Made by a program: the position numbers and the translations under genes
Part shown: one piece after another, positions 24,902 through 32,000 of the stretch
How positions within the stretch are numbered: the first letter of the stretch is position 1
How the letters are laid out: each line of letters opens with the position of its first letter
The notes under the pieces: generated by a model
Databases searched by the model: none
What the model saw: the letters and a program-made list of their open reading frames with translations, nothing else
What the model was told of the DNA's origin: nothing
DNA from: an uncultured Nitrososphaerota archaeon
GTDB taxonomy: Archaea > Thermoproteota > Nitrososphaeria > Nitrososphaerales > Nitrosopumilaceae
DNA: 32,000 nucleotides
Direction: 5' to 3'
Assembly: GCA_963701075.1 (NCBI GenBank)
Contig: OY969559.1
Span: 1,550,540 to 1,582,539 of the forward strand

Positions 24902-25405
24902 CTACAAACCAAACTTGAACTTGGTCTTTGAGGAAATTGCAATTATTGATAAAATTGATACAGCAAGAATAACAAATGACAGAGAACCAAATTCTGGAAG
25001 AACTTGTGTTCCTATTATTTCAATTCTTTCAGTGCCATTAGTGAATCCGATTGAAAGAGTTCTATCAGTGCCTGTTTTGTTTTCATGAAAGTCAGTATAA
25101 GTATCATCCACAAGAACAATGAACTGATCATCGTTTGCACCAACCTTTGCATCAATTAGAGTTCTAGGCAGGTCTATAATCAAATTCCCATCGCTTGTAG
25201 AATTTAGTGAAATTACAAGCGACGTTTCATGAGTGCTAATCAGCATATCGTTTATCGTTGCACCTGTTATTGTGTAGTTAACGTTGTAAGATTGCCCACC
25301 TGCAGGATTCTTTATGACATAGATATTCGTCGATTGTGCAAAGGACGGCGCACTTGCCAAAGAGATCACAAATACAGCCAAAATCAAATATGGTTTCCAG
25401 TGCAC
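24902..25405 (-). CDS. secreted PEFG-CTERM protein
   Basis: Signal ...LASAPSFA, a beta-rich body, and C-terminus VLPEFGSLSFVILAVSILSIIAISSKTKFKFGL. GTG start. Confidence 0.8.
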   Translation of the reverse strand: MHWKPYLILAVFVISLASAPSFAQSTNIYVIKNPAGGQSYNVNYTITGATINDMLISTHETSLVISLNSTSDGNLIIDLPRTLIDAKVGANDDQFIVLVDDTYTDFHENKTGTDRTLSIGFTNGTERIEIIGTQVLPEFGSLSFVILAVSILSIIAISSKTKFKFGL

Positions 25406-25461
25406 AAGAGGTTTGACATTGACCTGTATTTTTCCTTTGCGAGCAATTCGACCTCCAGATT

Positions 25462-25576
25462 GTTCCAGAATTCAGAGTCTGTTGTTTTGACTCTCACATA
25501 CTCAGTTTTGGCTGTCATAGCAATGACTAGTAAAACTAGACGAGGTTTTGATCTGAACACTTACACCAATTTTTAA
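25462..25576 (+). pseudogene. orphan, frameshifted PEF-CTERM tail remnant
   Basis: gtt cca gaa ttc (VPEF, 25462..25473), then after one extra base ESVVLTLTYSVLAVIAMTSKTRRGFDL. A stop codon lies only about 14 codons upstream of the PEF, so there is no protein body. Confidence 0.45.
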
Positions 25577-25590
25577 TTCAAGTTATTATA

Positions 25591-25878
25591 GTGCGTTTTT
25601 GCCTTCTAGTAATGAAAGACTTGTCTAATCCAGTCCTGATAAAAAAATTAAAGGAAAAAATAAGCCAGAACGAGAACCGCCTACAGAGATTGATGATCGA
25701 GTATGAAAACATTTGGGAAGAAACCGGCCTAGATCCAAGAGATTCTTCCTACCTTGTAGAAAAAACCATGCGTTTTGAGATTGCACAAAAAAATATTACT
25801 ACCATATTTTCCGCCTTCAAGGATTTAATTGAAAATTACAAGAATCTCTGCCAAGAACTAGAAAAAATAGATGAATAA
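25591..25878 (+). CDS. hypothetical coiled-coil protein (95 aa)
   Basis: GTG start and a heptad-like charged sequence. The stop overlaps the ATG of the HD-domain gene (TAATG). Confidence 0.5.
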   Translation: MRFCLLVMKDLSNPVLIKKLKEKISQNENRLQRLMIEYENIWEETGLDPRDSSYLVEKTMRFEIAQKNITTIFSAFKDLIENYKNLCQELEKIDE

Positions 25879-26222
25879 TGCAAATAATAGAATCTGCCGA
25901 GTTATTTGCCAAGGAAAGACATGCTGGCAGGATAAGAAATGACAATACTCCTTACTTGGATCATTTGAAAGGAATGGTAAACAGACTGAAAAATCTTGGG
26001 ATATCAGACCAAGAAGTACTTGCAGCAGCATGGCTACATGGCATCATGGAAGAAACCAACACGACATTTGATGAAATTGATAAAAGGTTTGGCAGCAGGA
26101 TAGCGGTTCTTGTTCTTGCATCACACAAAGACAAAAGCCTTCCAAGGGATCAGGTAGAAAAACAGTATATCAAGCAATTAAAGGAATCTCCCATTGAAGC
26201 GAAGCTAATCAAGACTTTGTGA
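25878..26222 (+). CDS. HD-domain protein (RelA/SpoT-type hydrolase fold), truncated by a frame break
   Basis: ERHAGRIRNDNTPYLDHLKGMV and AAAWLHGIMEETNTTFDEIDKRFGSRIAVLV follow the SpoT/Mesh1 HD pattern (AH.GQ.R..G.PY..H; LHD..EDT; FG..VA.LV), but with HD replaced by HG. Confidence 0.7.
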   Translation: MQIIESAELFAKERHAGRIRNDNTPYLDHLKGMVNRLKNLGISDQEVLAAAWLHGIMEETNTTFDEIDKRFGSRIAVLVLASHKDKSLPRDQVEKQYIKQLKESPIEAKLIKTL

Positions 26223-26427
26223 TATTTCAACAAATCTCAAAGATTTAAAAAACGCCACATGGTCAAAGACCAAAAAAACAAAACAAGTTAAAAAGAATCT
26301 ATATTATCTCAATATAATAAAGTTAGAACTATCAAATAATAAAACCCAGTATCCAGAGATTCAAAATATCGTAAATGGCATAAATGAAGTAATTTCAACA
26401 CATGGTCAAAGACCAATTGTGTTATAA
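26215..26427 (+). pseudogene. continuation of the HD-domain gene in the +1 frame
   Basis: LCDISTNLKDLKNATWSKTKKTKQVKKNLYYLNIIKLELS... The segment K-L/T-C-D-I-S-T-N-L aligns with the KLADRLHNM helix of SpoT-type HD domains. Confidence 0.55.
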
Positions 26428-26436
26428 TTAGAAGAC

Positions 26437-26628
26437 TTGTCCAATATAAGAAGAGATATCAATGAATGCCCCATAACACATACAATGGTAGAAGAAAAAA
26501 AGAAAATAAAGTCAAACACGGAGGATGAGTACAACAATGCCTTGGCCTCTGACGATCCAACCAAAATATCAAAGGACGCCCAAGAGACATTAGCACGAGA
26601 GGCAATCAAGAAATTCAAGTCTTTGTGA
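26437..26628 (+). CDS. hypothetical small charged protein, doubtful
   Basis: TTG ORF (internal ATG gives MVEEKKKIKSNTEDEY...). No motif. Confidence 0.3.
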   Translation: MSNIRRDINECPITHTMVEEKKKIKSNTEDEYNNALASDDPTKISKDAQETLAREAIKKFKSL

Positions 26629-26653
26629 CATACCCTATCGCTTTTATCTGGGA

Positions 26654-27094
26654 TTGAATACCTATCATTTATTGTCTGATAACTTGGTAAATTCTGTTCA
26701 ACAGATCATCATTCTTGGCAAAGGAGACCGCCTAAGATTAGAGTACATTCTCGAACTCTTAACAAAAGGCAAAACTTTGCCCACATCGGATCAAAAATAT
26801 TTGGAAAGCATCATTCCCTTGTATCTAGGCACACAAGATGCGGAATCTCTACAAAAGCACATGGAAAACGTGATAGATACACTGCACGGAGAGATCCGGA
26901 CACTCAATGAGAGACTTTCAAGGCTTGAAAGAAAAGGGTTTGAGAAATATGTTGGTAAAAAAGCAATCTTTTTCTTTGCTACTGTATTTGTGGGCTGGCA
27001 TGTATTTCAGAGTCTATACAATGTCTTTTCTTGGACCATATTTGCCTTCCAACATAGAACAATATCTATTTCCACTAAACATGTTGGCAAATAG
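26654..27094 (+). CDS. hypothetical coiled-coil protein with a C-terminal TM segment
   Basis: TTG start at 26654. MNTYHLLSDNL...HGEIRTLNERLSRLERKG, then AIFFFATVFVGWHVF. It may continue in the +1 frame (next feature). Confidence 0.55.
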   Translation: MNTYHLLSDNLVNSVQQIIILGKGDRLRLEYILELLTKGKTLPTSDQKYLESIIPLYLGTQDAESLQKHMENVIDTLHGEIRTLNERLSRLERKGFEKYVGKKAIFFFATVFVGWHVFQSLYNVFSWTIFAFQHRTISISTKHVGK

Positions 27095-27284
27095 TTTTAA
27101 TGCCAACTCTTTGGTCTGGCTAGTTTTCATTTTCATGGCAGCAGCATGGCCATTTATTGGTGCTGCGTATCTGGCAAAATTCATAAAATCACACAAGAAT
27201 GTTTCATGTACCGATAAGACGATAAATCGCTGCAATATACAAGAAACTGCAGGTAAGTTAGAAGGATGGGGTTGGAATATCTAA
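27030..27284 (+). other. possible +1-frame continuation of 26654..27094 encoding a second TM helix
   Basis: LGPYLPSNIEQYLFPLNMLANSFNANSLVWLVFIFMAAAWPFIGAAYLAKFIKSHK. Without it, 280 bp of convergent intergenic space is left unexplained. Confidence 0.35.
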
Positions 27285-27375
27285 CTTTATCCTACAGTCT
27301 CTATGAGCTGTGCTGATAATATGTTATTAAGAGGATAGCATTAAGTTGCAACTATTTGCAATCTGTATTTCCAAC

Positions 27376-28101
27376 TCACTTTAATGGAAATTGCAATTTT
27401 GCCTTCGCTGAAATAATTATGATAGAAACCATAGAGAAAATAAGAACTGCTGATACAACAGATCCAAACTCTGGCACAGTAGGCTGCGGTCCTACATAAA
27501 ATGTGTATACGGATCTCTCAAAATCCGCTGCATTTTGATTAAAACCATTCGGTGATGAGACCATAACAAGGAAATACTGCCTGCCATCCTTTAACCAGAA
27601 GGAAAATTCTTCAGTAATTGGACTATTCTGCGTAGCTTGGTTCCCTAAGGCAGTTTGATTCTCTGCAACAACTGCTTGAATCACAAAGCCGTCAGAAAAC
27701 CTCTGAATATTTTTTTGATATACAACATATTTTGATGTATCAAATAGCTTTGCAATGGCAAGATCTAGAATCTGATCATCTGGGATCGATAATACCGCGT
27801 CAGATATGGGTTTACCTTGATAAAAGTAAATTGCAAAGTTGGCCGTGCTGTTTTGATTCTCATTTTCAAATACTGCCAATGTTGAATCTGACTGATTGGT
27901 CTGTGGCACTGGAATCCACCCAAGCGGAGGCAAAATGGAAAAGTTGTACGCAGGATCAGTATATGTATTGGTTTGAATGTTTGCAGGGTTAAACATAGGA
28001 GTTAACGAACTCTGAGTAGTGTTTCCTTCTGCCCATGCAGGATTTGTCATCAAGAAAGTAAGGGTAACGCCCAACAGAATAGAGCAAAAAACTAATCTCA
28101 A
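27376..28101 (-). CDS. secreted PEFG-CTERM protein (possibly PsbP/DUF1795-like fold)
   Basis: TTG start. Signal ...LMTNPAWA, FSILPPLGWIPVP, and C-terminus TVPEFGSVVSAVLIFSMVSIIIISAKAKLQFPLK. Confidence 0.75.
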   Translation of the reverse strand: MRLVFCSILLGVTLTFLMTNPAWAEGNTTQSSLTPMFNPANIQTNTYTDPAYNFSILPPLGWIPVPQTNQSDSTLAVFENENQNSTANFAIYFYQGKPISDAVLSIPDDQILDLAIAKLFDTSKYVVYQKNIQRFSDGFVIQAVVAENQTALGNQATQNSPITEEFSFWLKDGRQYFLVMVSSPNGFNQNAADFERSVYTFYVGPQPTVPEFGSVVSAVLIFSMVSIIIISAKAKLQFPLK

Positions 28102-28183
28102 TTTAAAAGAATTTCTAGTATCTACTATAAGAAGTATGATGCACGATAATTTTGTTTTTTAAGATGGGGATTACATCAGACGT

Positions 28184-28846
28184 TCATGAAATAATTCTGT
28201 AGCATAGACAGCCGTCTCTTATTTCAGGTTTGGAAAAAGAAACAGGGTATTCTTTGACTCTGCCATCACCGTCTGGAATCAGTTTATTGTAAGGATAGTA
28301 TGATAGGGATTGTGGATCTGACGGATCATCGCCTTGGCCAAACAAGAGCTGTGAGATTTCAACATGAAATCTTATCGGATAAGGAAAATTTCCGCTCTTG
28401 TTCCACCATTCTATACCAGTGAAATGGTTTGCGCCCTCGAAAATAAACGACCTATCGTCCACGATAAAATCAAATTTCTCAGATTTGTTTACGGTTATGT
28501 CCTTTAGAATATATGTGATGGACTTGGTAGCCGAATTCATAATTATCTGGCGCATGTAGGAATGATCTACTTCTGGTCTTATCATAGTGAATTCATGCTG
28601 ATTTATTCCTCCAAATATTGCATGAAACTTGCCGTCGTCATTAAAAGAACAGATAAGATTAAGCTCAAGTGGCACGTTTTGTCTGTTAAACAACTCTAGC
28701 AGATATAGCATCCATGACTTGTCAGGTATTTTGTTTCCAAGATCTGCGTCTAATGTTATGATATCAGATATAGAAATAACACGTGGAGGAAAAAACACGT
28801 TTCCCCTATCTTCAATATGGCAGAAAGAGCCTACCCAAAAATGCAC
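28184..28846 (-). CDS. hypothetical cytoplasmic protein (220 aa)
   Basis: Long ATG ORF with no signal peptide and no recognised motif. Confidence 0.55.
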   Translation of the reverse strand: MHFWVGSFCHIEDRGNVFFPPRVISISDIITLDADLGNKIPDKSWMLYLLELFNRQNVPLELNLICSFNDDGKFHAIFGGINQHEFTMIRPEVDHSYMRQIIMNSATKSITYILKDITVNKSEKFDFIVDDRSFIFEGANHFTGIEWWNKSGNFPYPIRFHVEISQLLFGQGDDPSDPQSLSYYPYNKLIPDGDGRVKEYPVSFSKPEIRDGCLCYRIIS

Positions 28847-28982
28847 ATAGGTAAATAAGATTTGATACTATTTTTCATTTGTTATATCGTAACATGTTTT
28901 AAAATTGATTATGTGTAAAAGAAATACTCTGTTATGACATGTAATATGCGATTGAGCAGACTTTTTATCCTATCTTGGTTGC

Positions 28983-30377
28983 ATGAATTTTATGTTAAAA
29001 TATTTTTTACTTCTTTTGCTTTTTGTTCCTGCCGAATCATTTGCCTTTACAACAGGTCAGAATGCTACTTTGGTCATAGGACATGATGATTTTGATACAG
29101 GAGGGACAATCCATGATAATGCAACATCAGACGTCCTGTATTCTCCAGACGGCGTGGCATTTGATAAATCAGGAGATCTTTGGATTGCGGATACTGGATT
29201 CAATCGTTTGCTAGAGTTTGCTCCTCCGTTTACAAGCGGTGAAGAAGCAACACTTGTACTAGGACAAGATGATTTTGTTTCCACCAGTCCTGCATTGTCT
29301 GCAACTGGTCTTGACCAACCCTATGGATTAGCATTTGATAGTGACGGAAACATTTGGGTTGCTGATACTAATAACAACAGAATAGTGGAATACAGGACAC
29401 CTTTTACAAATGGCGAAACAGTCTCTCTTGTGATTGGATATCCAAGCTTTGACAAAGGCGTATATCCAACAACTGCAGGCTCACTTGCTGCTCCATATGG
29501 ACTTGCGTTTGACAAATCAGGAAACTTGTGGGCCGTGGATTATTATAACAACAGAATACTGGAATATGTTCCACCATTCAAAAATCAAATGAATGCATCA
29601 CTTGAAATAGGACAGCCTGATCTTACAAGCAATTCGGATGGAACAACTGCAAATCGATTGAATTTACCAAGTGCTATTGCATTTGATGAAAAAGGTAACC
29701 TATGGGTGACTGACAGTCTTAATAACAGGGTACTAGAGTTTTCTTATCCATTTTCTACTGACCAATCTGCTACATTGGTAGTTGGACAAGAAAATTTTAC
29801 AACAAACCTTCCAGGTGTTACTGATGATTCCATGAATACTCCATACGGAATAATATTTGACAGATCAGGAAACTTGTGGGTTACTGATGGAAACAACGCT
29901 AGAGTCTTGGGATATACCCCACCATTTAGCAACGGTATGAGCGCGTCTCTTGTTTTAGGTCAGACAAATTTTGCTGAGATGGTTTCCGGTACATCGGCTA
30001 ACCTGTTGGCTGAACCATATGATGTAAAAGTAGATAATAGTGGTAACCTTTGGGTTGCAGACACTGACAACAACAGAGTGCTAGAATTTGCTACAACTGT
30101 CACTAGCACCCAGATTCCATCATGGGTCAAAAACAACGCCAAATGGTGGTCAGAAGACACTATTAGCGACCAGACATTTGTAAGCGGAATTCAATACATG
30201 ATAAAAGAGGGAATCATAGTTGTTCCATCTACCAATTCTAGCACTAGCCAATCACAGCAGATTCCCTCATGGATAAAGAATTCAGCAGGGTGGTGGGCAA
30301 GCGGTCAGATATCAGACGATAGCTTTGTGAAAGGAATCCAATATCTTATCAGCAATGGAATAATCAATGTTGGATGA
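28983..30377 (+). CDS. secreted six-bladed NHL-repeat protein with two C-terminal IPSW..WW..ISD..F..GIQY modules
   Basis: Signal ...VPAESFA. Six repeats of the type P(Y)G(L/I)AFD.SGNLWV(A/T)D..NNR(V/I)LE(F/Y). Modules at 30114..30224 (IPSWVKNNAKWWSEDTISDQTFVSGIQYMIKEGIIVV) and 30261..30374 (IPSWIKNSAGWWASGQISDDSFVKGIQYLISNGIINVG). Confidence 0.85.
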   Translation: MNFMLKYFLLLLLFVPAESFAFTTGQNATLVIGHDDFDTGGTIHDNATSDVLYSPDGVAFDKSGDLWIADTGFNRLLEFAPPFTSGEEATLVLGQDDFVSTSPALSATGLDQPYGLAFDSDGNIWVADTNNNRIVEYRTPFTNGETVSLVIGYPSFDKGVYPTTAGSLAAPYGLAFDKSGNLWAVDYYNNRILEYVPPFKNQMNASLEIGQPDLTSNSDGTTANRLNLPSAIAFDEKGNLWVTDSLNNRVLEFSYPFSTDQSATLVVGQENFTTNLPGVTDDSMNTPYGIIFDRSGNLWVTDGNNARVLGYTPPFSNGMSASLVLGQTNFAEMVSGTSANLLAEPYDVKVDNSGNLWVADTDNNRVLEFATTVTSTQIPSWVKNNAKWWSEDTISDQTFVSGIQYMIKEGIIVVPSTNSSTSQSQQIPSWIKNSAGWWASGQISDDSFVKGIQYLISNGIINVG

Positions 30378-30954
30378 TATTTGAGTCAGTACTAGGTTTT
30401 CTTTTTTTCCTAAAATCATTTATAGTTATTAGCGAACCTACTATCAACGTGATCATTCCTATTATGACCATTCCAATTGCTACAGGTATGACATAGCAGT
30501 TTATTCCATTAGCAGAATCACATGTTCCACTAAGATAAGGATCTTCTCCCAATACCACGGTGACATTTACTGGCGCGTTGCCTAGGTTTAGTATGCTTAA
30601 AGAGTAATTCCCTTGTTCTTGCGGTCTTTTCTCTATGATGTGGTACACAAATCCATTGTTACTTTCTTTTTCAAATATTTCTCCATTAGGCTCTGTTACT
30701 TGTAATTTTATCGAACCTAAGGTAGGCATTACATGAACCACAAGTACAGTGTGTTCACTCAATTCATCCCAGGTAATTGTTGAATTTATCGATTGACCCT
30801 GCGATACTTCCGTATCTTCAATTATGTCATGTTTTGTCTTCATCATTGATTCAACTAGATCGTATGAGTTATCAAAGATGTTAGAGCCCACAACAAGCAA
30901 GACTGCTCCAATCGATACAATTATCAAGCCACGTAGAGGGCATAATTTTGCCAA
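30364..30954 (-). CDS. membrane protein with N- and C-terminal TM helices flanking an extracytoplasmic beta-rich domain
   Basis: TTG start. LRGLIIVSIGAVLLVVGSNIF and VIPVAIGMVIIGMITLIVGSLITI. 14-nt convergent overlap with the NHL gene. Confidence 0.6.
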   Translation of the reverse strand: MAKLCPLRGLIIVSIGAVLLVVGSNIFDNSYDLVESMMKTKHDIIEDTEVSQGQSINSTITWDELSEHTVLVVHVMPTLGSIKLQVTEPNGEIFEKESNNGFVYHIIEKRPQEQGNYSLSILNLGNAPVNVTVVLGEDPYLSGTCDSANGINCYVIPVAIGMVIIGMITLIVGSLITINDFRKKRKPSTDSNIIQH

Positions 30955-31048
30955 ATTGCAATTACAAAACAGATCTGCCTAATAAGAAACTACCCTGTCA
31001 TTTTGAGAAATATGTCTGCAGAATCTAGCAAGATGTGAAAAATTTGCT

Positions 31049-31321
31049 TCATTCCTTAGGTTCAATAAAAGACGATATATCGATGGTGGAACAAGCGCAC
31101 TTGCAATAGACATTATTCTTACTTTTGAAGGTAAAGTGTTTTTTGCCGCTTTTGTCTATTGAGCCAGACACTAGCAGTAGTTTTTTGTCACTTAGCCTCT
31201 TAACCTGTCTATATATGGTGGTCAAGGAAACATCACAGTCCTTGCTTAGTTGATAGGCACTTTTGGGAGAAGTGGCAGAACGTAGAATGTGCTTTACACT
31301 TTCATCTGAAAGTATCTTCAA
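31049..31321 (-). CDS. small winged-helix transcriptional regulator (ArsR/TrmB-like)
   Basis: ILSDESVKHILRSATSPKSAYQLSKDCDVSLTTIYRQVKRLSDKKLLLVSG. TTG start; the frame is open a further 19 codons upstream without a canonical start. Confidence 0.6.
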   Translation of the reverse strand: MKILSDESVKHILRSATSPKSAYQLSKDCDVSLTTIYRQVKRLSDKKLLLVSGSIDKSGKKHFTFKSKNNVYCKCACSTIDISSFIEPKE

Positions 31322-31457
31322 TAGATGTTCTGGAATTGTCCCATCCTTTTGGTTATTTTGAGGCGTATTGATCGTGTCATATTAAATTATTACACTCCTA
31401 AAGATAAACTTGATTTAAGTGGTTGCAAACGATTGCAGAAAATGAGATAAAAAGATC

Positions 31458-32000
31458 TTACGATGAATTAAAGTATTTTAGTGCATCCTGAATTGTGTTT
31501 ATCTCAATTACTTTCATCCCGTATTTGCTCTCCATTAGTGGTGAGAGCGGTTCTTGCTCGGTAGTACACGTTTGATATGTTATAGGTCCCTCGTTTTTTT
31601 CACTGCAGTTTTGAACAGTGCTAACTGCTTGCCCTTGAGGTACAAGAAATATTTTTGCGCCATATTGGCCTGCCGCATCAGCTTTCACGTCTGCTGCCCC
31701 TATCTGCCCGATAGTACCATCTGGCTGGATTGTACCAGTCATCAATACCTGATTGTTGATTTGTTTTCCAAGTAGTTCTGAAACCAGCAATACCGTCATA
31801 GCTCCTCCTGCACTACCACCATCAACAGCCTGCAAGTCTTGATTATTTCCAGAACTAACTGAAAAAATTACATCTTTTTTGGATAGATCTATTCCAGTAA
31901 CATTTTGAGCTACCATGACAGCAGTGTGTGCAGAAGACTGGAAATCTACGCCTGTCGGAATGGCAGTATTAACTAACACAAGTCCACTGCCATCTCGAAT
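31458..32000 (-). CDS. Lon-type (S16) peptidase domain protein, partial (N-terminus beyond the right edge)
   Basis: VDGGSAGGAMTVLLVSELL (DGPSAG-like Ser motif), MTGTIQPDGTIGQIGAADVKADAA (MTGEI..G.V.PIGG...K..AA with the catalytic Lys), and KIFLVPQGQ. The frame is open to nt 32000. Confidence 0.75.
   Translation of the reverse strand: MRDGSGLVLVNTAIPTGVDFQSSAHTAVMVAQNVTGIDLSKKDVIFSVSSGNNQDLQAVDGGSAGGAMTVLLVSELLGKQINNQVLMTGTIQPDGTIGQIGAADVKADAAGQYGAKIFLVPQGQAVSTVQNCSEKNEGPITYQTCTTEQEPLSPLMESKYGMKVIEINTIQDALKYFNSS

Noticed and set aside
31322-31380. Possible N-terminal frameshift in the wHTH regulator (upstream ATG at 31380 in another frame)
   Set aside because: It would need a shift of the opposite sign to the other four cases. 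The out-of-frame peptide (MTRSIRLKITKRMGQFQNIY) is not convincing, and the TTG at 31321 gives a normal wHTH N-terminus.
14786-31737. Additional exact TGTACCA/TGGTACA copies at 14786, 21831 and 31731, and near-matches at 13791 and 24557
   Set aside because: The exact copies lie inside coding regions of unrelated genes with no adjacent TATA box. Three is about the number expected by chance for a 7-mer on two strands in 32 kb. The near-matches have the wrong orientation or spacing.

Overview
AT-rich, gene-dense archaeal window. It looks like an ammonia-oxidising thaumarchaeon (Nitrososphaerota); this is an inference from the many PEF/PEFG-CTERM sorting tails, the IPSW..WW..ISD..F surface modules and archaeal TATA-type promoters. 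No database search was possible, so all functions come from motifs read in the translations. No rRNA, tRNA, CRISPR array, transposase or integrase was seen.

- **1-9.1 kb, putative copper-handling island.** It encodes secreted proteins around a CopC-CopD-beta-propeller fusion. Three proteins are predicted to mature with an N-terminal His. Three carry Met-rich MSGM-type tracts, and several end in PEF(G)-CTERM tails. One beta-sandwich gene is tandemly duplicated. A membrane-protein/double-wHTH regulator pair closes the island. Seven promoters here share an exact TGTACCA heptamer just upstream of the TATA box, twice as a TGGTACA-N9-TGTACCA palindrome.
- **9.2-16.3 kb, mixed genes.** PEF-CTERM protein, radical SAM enzyme, Lrp/AsnC RAM-domain protein, SIMPL/DUF541 protein, an untracked C2H2 zinc-finger mini-protein, malic enzyme and an RHH regulator.
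- **16.3-23.9 kb, polyhydroxyalkanoate (PHA) neighbourhood.** Aldehyde dehydrogenase, patatin-like lipase, class III phaE-phaC, an AbrB-type PhaR-like plus phasin-like pair, and two paralogous alpha/beta hydrolases.
- **24-32 kb.** DUF488, more PEFG-CTERM proteins, an HD-domain gene, a six-NHL-repeat surface protein, a wHTH regulator and a Lon-type S16 peptidase domain cut by the right edge.

**Main structural finding:** a 3,068-bp segment (19623..22690) carrying the phaEC/phaRP core appears inverted. This splits one hydrolase and one phasin paralog, with a 5-bp inverted microhomology at the two junctions.

**Second pattern:** four genes show frame breaks that all need removal of one nucleotide, and each has a short homopolymer run as a candidate site. 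This may be sequencing error rather than biology.
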